From NCBI RefSeq assembly GCF_964355755.1, contig NC_092675.1, positions 30,848,912 through 30,912,911 of the forward strand: a stretch of DNA of 64,000 nt, given 5' to 3'. Origin of the DNA: Antedon mediterranea (lineage: Eukaryota > Animalia > Echinodermata). Shown here piece after piece: positions 53,158 through 64,000 of this stretch. Positions within the stretch are counted from its first letter, which is position 1, and every line of letters begins with the position of its first letter. The notes beneath the pieces were generated by a model. It had not been told where the DNA came from and did no database searches. It saw nothing but the letters and a program-made list of their open reading frames with translations. Made by a program: the position numbers and the translations under genes.

Positions 53158-53335
53158 TCAACCTGCTGAGCCAACATCACCAGCACCTGCTGCTGATATT
53201 ACACCCTCTAGTGAGCAATCCCCTCAAACCGCCGAGGAACCAGCGACGGAAGAACCAGCGAGAGAAGAATCAGTGACACAAGAACCAGCGACAGAAGAAC
53301 CAAAGTCAACCTCCTGGTTTTGTCAAATATTGTAA
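53158..53335 (+). CDS. CMPK1: Putative alternative terminal exon of CMPK1 encoding an acidic/Pro-rich tail and CaaX box (CQIL)
   Basis: Acceptor tttacag|T CAA CCT is phase-compatible with the donor GA|gtaagc that overlaps the CMPK1 stop (48395/48396); the exon is GC-richer than its flanks and ends SWFCQIL*. Confidence 0.7.
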
Positions 53336-53723
53336 TTTCTTAGGACATGTTTTATCTCATTTAAAAAAAAATTATTTTGTTTTGTTTTTCTATAACTTTT
53401 AGACAGTTTTTATAGAATAATAGCCACATAATTACATTACAGAGATACAAATTTACCTAAGTTTGTACTCAATTTACTAAAGTTTGTACACTTGATTACT
53501 TTTTGGTGGTAGGTGAATTGTGACCAAAAAAATTAAAAAGTTAACTAACTTTATCTATCATTAAAATAATGAATATAAATTTAAATAATATTTATTTTAC
53601 CTTGAGATTTAGAGCCAAGTGTTGCTTTTGGGGTTTTTAGAAAAAGTATAGTTAGTTTTAATATATCTTATTTGTTTAAATCAAAAATATACATTGCACA
53701 CATGCTATTTTGTTTTACAAGGC

Positions 53724-53940
53724 AAAGTTTAGCATCTGAATCATGTTTGAGTGAAATACAAGCAGTGCCATTAGTAAAGTTTAGCATCTGAATCATGTTT
53801 GAGTGAAATACAAGCAGCAGTGCCATTAGTAAAGTTTAGCATCTGAATCATGTTTGAGTGAAATACAAGCAGCAGTGCCATTAGTAAAGTTTAGCATCTG
53901 AATCATGTTTGAGTGAAATACAAGCAGCAGTGCCATTAGT
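53724..53940. repeat. 55-bp tandem repeat x4
   Basis: aaagtttagcatctgaatcatgtttgagtgaaatacaagcagcagtgccattagt. Confidence 0.85.
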
Positions 53941-54935
53941 TTATTGACTGTATGTATGTCATAGTTTTAAAAAGGAGTATTCCATTCTGTTGACATCTGT
54001 TTTTATTTGCTTTTGTTAAATGGAAAATTATGGTAGATTTATAGCTCTATGTTTGACCTACCAAAGCAATTGTTGGAGACGCAAAACGATCATGGTGATA
54101 GCAATCCTGAACATAATTCAAAAATTTGTAAAAATGTATTTAATTATATCAAGACTTCGAATAACAGAATAGCAATTTGAATAACTCAAATTTATCTTGG
54201 AAGTGAAAAGAAAACTCAAACTATTGTTGTTAAATGTGTACATTTAATGTAACACAGTTTGTAACTATTGTTGTTAAATGTGTACATCCAATGTAACAAA
54301 GTTCATGTCAACATAAAAAAAAAAAACCAACATCGACAATAAGAATTGTACTGTGTACATGCTTATTAAAAACATGGCTTGAATATGTTTGTCTTTTTGC
54401 AAATTATTTGAAAGGATAGATGTCTTTTCGTTACTGAACTAGTAGATAAACATGTGACGGCTGTAGGTATGTGTTAATGGTGTGGTGACGGTCAGTGGGT
54501 GTGTGAAGGCCTCCGTTTAAATGGCACATCAGTATATTAATTTGTCCCATTTTATATCTTTTTACCAGTAGTAAATGTCTAATGTCAATATCCGGTCTCG
54601 GTGTATTCCTGTGGTCACCAGCTAGACTTTAATGGTGATGATTTATATTCTGTAAACTCCCACTTCCCTGTAAACTAGTGATGCACTGGTTGTGTATGCT
54701 ATAGAAAAGGGAGTGCTGTAAAACATGCCTTAACACTTCAATGTTTATTATACTGTAAAAGTTTATGTTTTGTACTTAATAATCATACAGATACAACATA
54801 ATGCTTACTACATTTTATTATTAACAAATCAATTTTTATTTGACGTTTATACATATAGAAGTATTCCAACGTTTGTAGAAAAATGCCTTGATTTACATTT
54901 AAGTTAATATGCTTTGTGTTCATTTGTGAAATCAT

Positions 54936-57896
54936 TCACCTCTTTCTATAAAAGGTACTTTTCTCAATTCCCTTTGCATCCTCTGGTCTAATAGTTGTGA
55001 ATACATCATCTGTGACATCTTCTGCATATAATGGTCCAGGTTCCTTGGCGTCTTTGGCAATCTTAGCAAGCACTCTCTCCTCGTACTTACTTCCTTTTGC
55101 AAGACGTACTTCTCTTCGTAACTAAAGATAAAATAAATTTAATTTATAAATACGTATCAAGGTTTGTAATCAACACAGATAATTCATGAAATTGACAACT
55201 CACCAAATTTGGAGACTTGTATGCAGCATTCTCATACAGAACTTGTCCACTAAAACTGCCTGCAAAAATCTTGATGGGGTTAAGAACGAACCTAGGACCA
55301 ATCTCAACTAAAGAACCATCCTCTTCAACCACCTAACAAACATAAGATGGGAAGGATTGTCAAAGATGAATAAATAAAAGTACAAAAACAAAGATATTTT
55401 GTTCTTTGCTTGTCACTCTATCCACATCCCCCTTAAAATATACATAACAGTAACAAATAGAATATATAAATGCACAAGGTAAATATGAAAATACAGTAGC
55501 TGAAATATATTGCTTTTAAATACTATACTGAATACAAACCTCCTCCTTTAACAAACAAACTTTGATTTACTAAAATGTGAAATAAATCCTGTATGGTAAG
55601 TAGTAGTTACCTGATAATTCCTGAACCACACTCTGTTGTCGGCAATTGAGAAATTAAAAACATGGTCAATAAACGGCTGACTCTTTGGATGACGATGCGG
55701 TGTACCAAATGTCTACATTATTCAAATAAATCAATAAAATAAGTTTGGAGACATCCCTTTTTTTCTTTACATTATCTTTCCATGTTACTACATCATAATT
55801 GGTGTAAAACATAGAGAAATGAGAAGTTATTCTAACTGTTATTCAAATTGAGGTCAGGTCAAAGATGAATTTTAGAAATTTGACAATAAGAGTTGTTATA
55901 ATCAGTATGCTTCAAATAATCATAAAACAAAATGTTTACACTTTCCTCTTGATATGCACAAGCAAATACATATAGGGAACTGGACTATGTTCTGAAATGA
56001 GTAATACTACATAGGGAACTGGACTATGTTCTGAAATGAGTAATACTACAGAGGGAACTGGACTATGTTCTGAAATGAGTAATACTACAGAGGGAACTGG
56101 ACTATGTTCTGAAATGAGTAATACTACAGAGGGAACTGGACTATGTTCTGAAATGAGTAATACTACAGAGGGAACTGGACTATGTTCTGAAATGAGTAAT
56201 ACTACAGGGCAGTTTTAACTGTAGGTTATGCGGACAGTTTCTCACCTGTATAAATAGTTCTTTTAAAAGCCTATTATGAGGAGTTTTATCGAAAACAGAG
56301 TCGAATGACAAAATAGGACGTGAAGATTTTAAACAATTTCCAGTTAGTTTCAGCTCAAGCATCGTGTGAACTGTGAAGAAATCAAAGATTTAATATTGCT
56401 ATTAATAAGGTGCAGTTAACATTTCTCAATCAACTGTAACTGAAATGTTATCTGTAGTTGTGCAAATTTCTAATAATATTTATTCTACAGTACAAACAAA
56501 TTTTCAGTTAATTTTTACAGTTTATTTTTTACATCACTATCTCCAATAAAAGATTCAAATAATATATTTCCAAAAAATGTTTACCATTTTGAACAAGAAA
56601 CTTGGCAGATGGTCCATGTGGTACATTTGATACCCTACAGAAACAAATATTATATATTATATCAAATGTATTCCTTTGTTATTTATAATGTGTACTGTAT
56701 AGATCTATAACATTTACAGATGTGGTTAGAATAGGGATGACATCCATGTACTGTATGATTGAATAACAAAAGGAAATGTATTGCTTGTTTACATTAAGAT
56801 ATGACTTATTCTTTCTTATTCTGTACATGCTTGGAATCATTGATTATATTAAACATTTTACTAGAATTGAATACTGCATTACCACATGTACAGGTCTTTT
56901 TTCTTCCTCGCTTCAAAATACACACATTTGCTACAATTTTTCATTTCACAAATCTATAAAAAAATATTTCAAAATGAAGAAAAATCAACATAAAGTTTAG
57001 AACATATATATTTTTGGTTTGTTTGTTTGCATTGCTCTTATGCAAATACAGTACTTGAATATACATTTGGTAAGAATGGCTAAATAAGTTAATACTAAAT
57101 ATTTATTCAGAAATCAAACACAAACTACAAACACTTTATAAATAAAATAAAGATGACTAAAAAATGTACTTACTTCATTTATACTAAATAGACCCTGTCC
57201 TTTAGACATCTTACAATCTGTAAACAAAAATCAATATTAAGTAAACATTTTAATCATTAAAACACAAATCTATTAAAATTGAAGTAGTTAAGTTTATTAT
57301 TTCTTACCAGGTTTTGAATGTGGCATCAGATTTCGAATATCTTGCATAAGATGTCGATCTCGATATGATACACCACGCGATGCAAAAACCAGTACTCGCT
57401 CTTTGTTTGTCCATTTCTCTGACTAAATAATAAATATTTTTAATTGCTAGATTCTAAGGCTAGAATGAATGGTACATTTATAAAATCAAAACTATTAGTA
57501 TTAAATTAAATAAAACACATTTTTTTATCAGTTTTTTATAAAATATAATTAGTAATAGTATCCAATATTCTTTCATCTTTAAGCCAAATTTACAGTCAGC
57601 TAGTCCCTGCCCCCTGGTATCCTAAATTAAATAAAACAATAGTTCCTAGCTAGGCCTCCTAGCCGTCATATTCCTCCCAGGTCTAGCCTGCAGAACAGCA
57701 GCCTACTTACTATAAACTAGAAAGTTTAGTTAGGCCTACTAGAAGGCTAGAGGCTAGCCAATATTATCTCTCAATATTGGTGAAAAACACTTACCGATGA
57801 AGAAGTAATCTTTGATTCACTTTGTTTTTTGGTTGCTTTAAGACGCTTTATATTCTGTTTCGGATTTGTCTCCTTTTGAAGCTTCCTTTTCGTCAT
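54936..57896 (-). CDS. BRIX1: Ribosome biogenesis protein BRX1 homolog, multi-exon
   Basis: KWTNKERVLVFASRGVSYRDRHLMQDIRNLMPHSK, LELKLTGNCLKSSRPILSFD, HPKSQPFIDHVFNFSIADNRVWFRNYQ, LVEIGPRFVLNPIKIFAGSFSG; ATG 57896, TGA 54938-54936. Confidence 0.95.
55970..56207. repeat. 39-bp minisatellite x6 in BRIX1 intron
   Basis: agggaactggactatgttctgaaatgagtaatactacag. Confidence 0.92.
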
Positions 57897-58634
57897 TTTA
57901 AAGCCTATTTTTACTCTGACAAAAACAAAGTTCACTTTGCGTTTCCACGTTCGTACACATACACATGGATGTGCGTTCCTATTTCAAGAGGGCGCAATTG
58001 CAATTGGGAATAATTCGATAATCGATATCACGAAGAAGCTGCTTTTTTAGAAGATTTTGTTGTTTGAATGAAATAATATCTAATTTCTCTTATTTACATA
58101 AATCAAACAAATCTGTATTATATATTAATGTAAGGGTCAAAAACAACTTTTATCGAAATCCGAAATCCTGAGGAATTGGTAAAATAACTGAACGACGGGA
58201 ACTAATTGACACACCGCCCTCAATTATTGAATATCAATCAATTATTTTTTGTTGTTTAGCATTTGTTTTGGAATGTAATGTTAATGGTCTCTGAAACTCC
58301 TGGGACTCTTGAATATGACGGATACAAATGAATGAAGGCGATTATAACGTGCTAGGTCTAGTTGATAAGTTAAATTACAATATAATATTATAATACACTC
58401 GTTTATTGATAATTATTCTTGACTACCAACAAGGTATGCTGCTTGTTCTAGCTTAGGCTCTAGGCTAGCCAGGCCCAGGGAAAACAACAGCTGCTGCATC
58501 TTTTACTTTTAGTTAGCGGCGCGGACGTGGCAGTTTTCGTGGCAGGAGTACCTTCTGGATTGATTGAGAGTTCAGTAGAGAGGCAGTGCTTTTCAGTCTG
58601 TTCAATTTCTTGCTGTTCGTAGTATTTTCTCGTC

Positions 58635-59114
58635 ATGTTTTCACCAAGTAAATCAAGTATAAAGGAAGCAAATGAACACTTTCAGGCCTTGTACAATAGA
58701 ATCAGTGAACTAGAAAAGACCGTAAAAGACCAAGCAGAAGCAATTATAAAACGAGATGACGAAGAACAACAACGAATGAACGCTGTTACTCAAAAACATC
58801 AAGAAGAAGTTACGAAACTAACCACAAATTTAGAAACAGCAGAAAAGAAAATTGAAATATTATCACGAAACCTTCAAGAAAAAAGTGCAGTTACTACAAC
58901 CTTGCAATATAAATGTCAAATAATAACTGACTTGTGTGCTAGTATCCCTGCTTTTGAATCGTACTTAACAACTCTTAAACAAATTGAAAGCTTAAATTCA
59001 GGAGAATGTAATCACATTGGCCATGGTGGAGCAAAGAGAGTTTTACATAACAATATTGATTCCATTGAATTGAACAATGAAGATGTGGAAATGGATGGCC
59101 AGACAACTGTGTAA
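58635..59114 (+). CDS. VMAC: Vimentin-type intermediate filament-associated coiled-coil protein homolog, single coding exon
   Basis: IKEANEH..., KTVKDQAE, coiled coil and C-terminal GQTTV resemble human IREANAH, RTVHAQAE and GTTV (PDZ-binding tail). Head-to-head with BRIX1, ~740 bp apart. Confidence 0.75.
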   Translation: MFSPSKSSIKEANEHFQALYNRISELEKTVKDQAEAIIKRDDEEQQRMNAVTQKHQEEVTKLTTNLETAEKKIEILSRNLQEKSAVTTTLQYKCQIITDLCASIPAFESYLTTLKQIESLNSGECNHIGHGGAKRVLHNNIDSIELNNEDVEMDGQTTV

Positions 59115-60446
59115 ATGATTTGGTGACCATGGGCTTTTGCATCGTTGACCATGGGCTTATTGTAGGGGAAGGGAGAAGGGTATTGATTGTGGGTTTTTAC
59201 CGATTTCTACTGAATATTTCAGGAGATCATTTGGGATTTTTTTTCTTTGCAATGTTTGAAGGATCATTTTAATTTATTCAAGTACTTAAACTGGATGTAT
59301 TTAATATTATTTACCTCAAGTTTATATCTATTTATTATTTGTAAGGTATATTTTTGGTGTATATTTAAAACAAAATTAATTATTGACCACTCAAACTAGA
59401 AGCCAACAAATCTTTCCATAACCTTGGATGAACACGATTTATTAATTTCTGAGGGAAATTTTAATTCATTTTCTTGCCCGAGTACAGCTTTTTTGTTTAT
59501 TCATTCAGGTGTATTGCCTGCCTTTATTAACTTTAGGCCAACTAGAGTTTGGGTTTTGATCCTGTGTGTGATTGCCATAACTATTCTTTTCAAACCTACA
59601 TCCTCCAAAAAATTATTGAAATATCGTACATACCTACAGAGTACACTGCAGGATTAAAGTACATTCCTTGAAATATAAAATATAATTTTAATAAATGAAA
59701 TAACCTTTTCTTCTCTCTATGATATTGAACTGAAAAAGTGTATATAGGATTTTAATGACGTCACAATCATCATTTTAATTAAAATTAAATTGAAATGTTT
59801 CAGTTACAGCATGCTTTATTTATTATGCAATAAAGATAATATTTTAGAAGTTTACATTGTGCTTATTTTGTTTTAATTATTAAATATTCACCCATCCATA
59901 TACCATGGACCCTACACCAGGGAGGTGATTTTTTCACCTCCCTGCCTACACCATCCCTATTATACTGTACCAAGGATCCTACACCCATAATACCATGGAT
60001 CCATCTCTATTATGAGTACAGCCATTCATGAATCAACATTATTCGTGAGAAAAACAAAAAATAATAATTTAGTTTGGAAATTATATTAATTGATTAAAAG
60101 TGATATCGCGGACATTTCATAGTTGCCGTTCGTGCGTCGTATGTGAATAGTTCAATGACCCTGGCATACCAATCGATGATGTAACACATCGAGTCTAAAT
60201 GTCTGTGATGTAACTTATCAAGTCCCTTCTGCACCCAATAAACACCCTTTAAATCGGATTAAACCATGCTTCAACCAGACCCTAAAAACAACACAGCTAA
60301 GCTACTCATTTACATATCCTTTGATTAGCTTTCGTAAACAATTAAGCATCGGTGATCAGCCAACACAACGTGCAATGCGTATAATTATTACAGTTATTGA
60401 ATTGCTCTGACTTCTTGCAACAAGTTACAGATCAGAGACTGTTACT

Positions 60447-62937
60447 ATGTATTTATTTGGAATGTATTATCTACGTATACTTCTGAGCATTCATTTTATT
60501 TGGTAAGTTTTCAACTGACGAACGGAAATCGGAAATAGTTCGTAGTAAATAAAGGAAATTGATTAGGCCTATTATAATCATTGACATTAGGCCTACTCTA
60601 TATATTTGTTTTAATTATGTGCGTATATATCATTTTTAAACATTCATGTACGTCTATTAGGGATCGATCCGTCTATTAGTTTTATACGGATAGAGAAGAA
60701 AGGTATTGTTATTTTTTAGTGTAATCATAGTCAATTAGATTCGAAGATTCTTCCTCATTTTATTTTTAAAATACATCAAATTTCAATTAACTAATTCAAT
60801 TCTGAATGTAACGTTCTTATTAATAAATATATGGTGTTACAGTATTATTTGTATACCTTATCCGTCAACAAATATGTAAGAAAAAACCTATAGCTATGGT
60901 TATGCCTAAGTGTGCATTGTTGTTGTATCTTTATTACCATAACATAGAGTGGAAAGCTCAACAAGCATTTTGCATGACAAGTGAGAAGTCAACGTACTGT
61001 GTACATAATGCTTGTTTCGATGATCCGTTTAGTTTCAATCACGCTAACTGACGGTTAAAATATAGTTTCAAATACAATACAATCGAATGACTTTGGCAGG
61101 CCTAAATCGTACACCAAACGTCAAATTTAATGTTAAATTTAATTCTTTTTACAGCACCTTTCAACTAGTTCATTCTGCACACGGTGAGTTTAAAGTAAAA
61201 TAACTTTTACACTTTTAGTTTTTGTTTGTTTCATTCACATATATTCAACAAAATAAATATTTACATTACAGAGATTTTACAGAGACAATTAATTGTCTGT
61301 AGTCCCTTTAGCACAAAACACATATAATCACAAAGAAAAAAAGATATAGGCAAAAGTATAAATACATATAATATAAAACGAAATTTTCGTTTTTCTATGA
61401 AGAATACTAAAACCATAAAGGATGATAAATTGAGGAGTTTAGTATTATTCTTGTTGCTTTGTATGTACCTATATATTAACTTTGTCACTATAATGTTGAA
61501 CCTTTCAAAAGGAATTCATTTAACTTTAGGCTACATTACAAAAGAAACTTGAACTTGGGTTAATTGATTTGGCTTTATTTGCATCTTATTAAAAATAAAA
61601 TAGTTTTAATTTGTTTCTAAATTATAGGTGAATTCAAGGAAGGGACAACATCGCAACCATTACAATGTAAATACAGAATCATTTAAATTTTTAAAAACAG
61701 GAGGCTTGCCATGATGACGAATGCATAGGGCCATTTCAACATTATTCAATCAAAGGGGTATAGGCCTACCATATGACGACGTGACGAATACATATGGCCA
61801 TTTAATCAAATGGGTTCTCAGACGGACGCATTCTTATTAATGTGTCGTTAAGTTCATGAAATAGCATAGGAAGTCTGTAAACCATCGACAACGTTTTTTT
61901 TAAATGTAGGCCAATGATATTTACATTGTGATGTTTGATCGGTTCTTATAATTATAATTTTTTGTTATTGATTGATATCGATTAGCCATCCACTGGTCTT
62001 CACATTGTAAGAATGGAGGTACCGGGTTCTTTGGATCGTTCTGCCATTGTCCACCAGAATACGAAGGCCGCTTCTGTGAAAGCAAGAAGGACGTTAGTTG
62101 TGGCAACATTCAACACGGGTTTTGGGTCCAAGATGACTGTATGACTTGCTATTGTATTCATGGTACTATCAAATGTACGGATAACAGTCCTAAATGCAGT
62201 AAGTATTATTCACGGTCTATCAAATGTTCAAATAACAATCCTAAATTCAGTAAGTATGTCTAGCAATGGAGAGACTCGGACGCGATATTTCTTGTCGTGA
62301 ATAAGTTGGGGACCCCTCATGAAACGTCACAAAATAAACATGAATATTCTACGAAAAAAAATCGCGAACCGGACACTGATATAATGCACAGGAGGCTAGT
62401 AAAGGAACAGGCAATTTTCTCATTTTATTCGTAGAACAAATTTAAATTGCGAATGTATTCATTCTGTTCATGAAAAATTTAACTATATGACGTGAGTTTT
62501 AATGTAAAAATTTAGTACAGTAAGTCATGTTTGCGATGCACCATTTAATTTTTTTTTTTAAAGAAGAGAACATTAGTCGAGAGTGGGTCTACATTTCGTT
62601 TGTAGTCATTCTCAACTGCATTTTTTGAAATCGCAAATGTTTTGATGATCATCACGTCACAAATATTTCTTTTTTTTAATCAGTCATATTCCCACTTATT
62701 GGTTTAAACTACATCTCCCAATACCGTACTTATTTAACACACATTCTTACACAATGTGATTATTAATTCATTGTAGAGACACAGTATGGAATGGGCCTGG
62801 ATGAACTTCTACAACTACAGATCAAGGACTTGCCGACGAGGGAAACATCACAAACAACAGCACATAATAACGGCAGTTTATCAACAACATCATGTTTGCT
62901 TATTATAATAAATTTAATAACATTTTTAATAATTTAG
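60447..62937 (+). CDS. EGF-CFC family (Cripto/Cryptic/oep-like) Nodal co-receptor, 5 exons
   Basis: Exons 60447-60502, 61155-61183, 61628-61666, 61986-62198, 62777-62937 stitch in frame: signal peptide; HCKNGGTGFFGSFCHCPPEYEGRFCE (EGF-like); CGNIQHGFWVQDDCMTCYCIHGTIKCTDNSPKC (CFC); GPI-type tail NNGSLSTTSCLLIIINLITFLII*. Confidence 0.88.
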
Positions 62938-63507
62938 TTACTGATACCGATCTTACTGGTCTTTATATCAACATGGTGCTCTTTGTGTTTTTATGTAACA
63001 ATTTGTTTTAACATTACAACTTTACTGTATGTCCATTTCAGTATTTTATCACACTTGTTTTGTATGTTGTTAATGTACTATAATTTAATGATAATTTTTT
63101 TTTTAAATTAAGCATTTTATAATTTGTGTTTAAATAAATAATAGGATGTTTCTTACTTAAATACAATTAAAATATCTAATTTAAAACAACATTTCATTCT
63201 TTAAGTACAGTACTTTTATATGTAATTACATAATATATGTATTGTTACAGTCAGGGTTACCTTGTGTACAACTGCCAATACTAGGCCTGTATACTCAAAT
63301 GAAACTAAGATGGGGACTACTTTCCTGCAGTGCAATTGAACTAATATGTTTGTTAGGCCTATTACTACGGTAGGCATATAATCTAAGGTTCAGCCATAGA
63401 TTGTAAGAATATTTATAACAACATCATGATTTTAACACCTTTTTCTGTAGAAATATTACAACTGGCCTACTTTGATAAATATTTAGTAGTAATAATACAG
63501 TATATTA

Positions 63508-63780
63508 TAAGATGGTTCAGCCTAGCTTGTGATAATGACATCATGATTGTAATGCTGTATTCTGTAGTCCAATACCCTGGCATTCAATCATTGAAATAAG
63601 TAAGATGGTTCATCCTAGCTTGTGATAATGACATCATGATTGTAATGCTGTATTCTGTAGTCCAATACCCTGGCATTCAATCATTGAAATAAGTAAGTTG
63701 GTTCAGCCTAGCTTGTGATAATGACATCATGATTGTAATGCTGTATTCTGTAGTCCAATACCCTGGCATTCAATCATGAA
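63508..63780. repeat. 93-bp tandem repeat x3
   Basis: gatggttcagcctagcttgtgataatgacatcatg...cattcaatcattgaaataagtaa. Confidence 0.85.
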
Positions 63781-64000
63781 ACATGCCTCCTTTCCTGCTG
63801 CAGGTGTCACTGTAAACTTGGCCTGAAAATGAATGTTACGAATTAATTAATGCATGTTTAGTTTAGTAAACATAAAGATAATTAATCTTGTGGTAAATGC
63901 TCATAGATGGATCCGGGGGGGGGGGGGGGGAGGGGCCTAGCAAGACCTAGATTTAGCAATTATACTTCATTTTGAATACTGATACAAGTAAGGATTTACC

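Noticed and set aside
55845-55930. C/D-box snoRNA-like motifs in a BRIX1 intron (minus strand ATGATTA...CTGA)
   Set aside because: Box C imperfect, no terminal stem, and no convincing rRNA complement identified by eye.
56036-56218. ORF of MSNTTEGTGLCSE repeats
   Set aside because: Translation of a 39-bp intronic minisatellite antisense to BRIX1.

Overview
AT-rich, intron-dense genomic DNA from an animal, probably a marine invertebrate deuterostome (taxon is inference); not prokaryotic, so most ORF-track entries are intron noise. Manual exon stitching supports eight host genes: DNAI4/WDR78 (+), NDUFB6 (-), an FRRS1-like DOMON-DOMON-cytochrome b561 gene (+), PAXX (-), CMPK1 (+), BRIX1 (-), VMAC (+) and an EGF-CFC/Cripto-like gene (+). 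Mobile DNA includes a near-intact Rex1/Babar-type LINE, RTE and CR1/L2 fragments, SINE tails, an abundant Harbinger-like MITE, a hAT-like MITE and many minisatellites. Highlights: (1) a very young non-autonomous LTR retroelement (identical 247-bp LTRs, tRNA-Ser PBS, PPT, AAAC TSD) whose gag is decayed and pol is absent, but which keeps an intact ~409-aa zinc-finger-like cargo ORF wired for spliced expression from an ATG|GT donor inside the LTR; (2) a cryptic in-frame terminal exon that would give UMP-CMP kinase an acidic linker and a CaaX (CQIL) prenylation signal; (3) an EGF-CFC protein that has lost exactly the C1-C3 disulfide pair. All calls come from reading the sequence; no searches were run.
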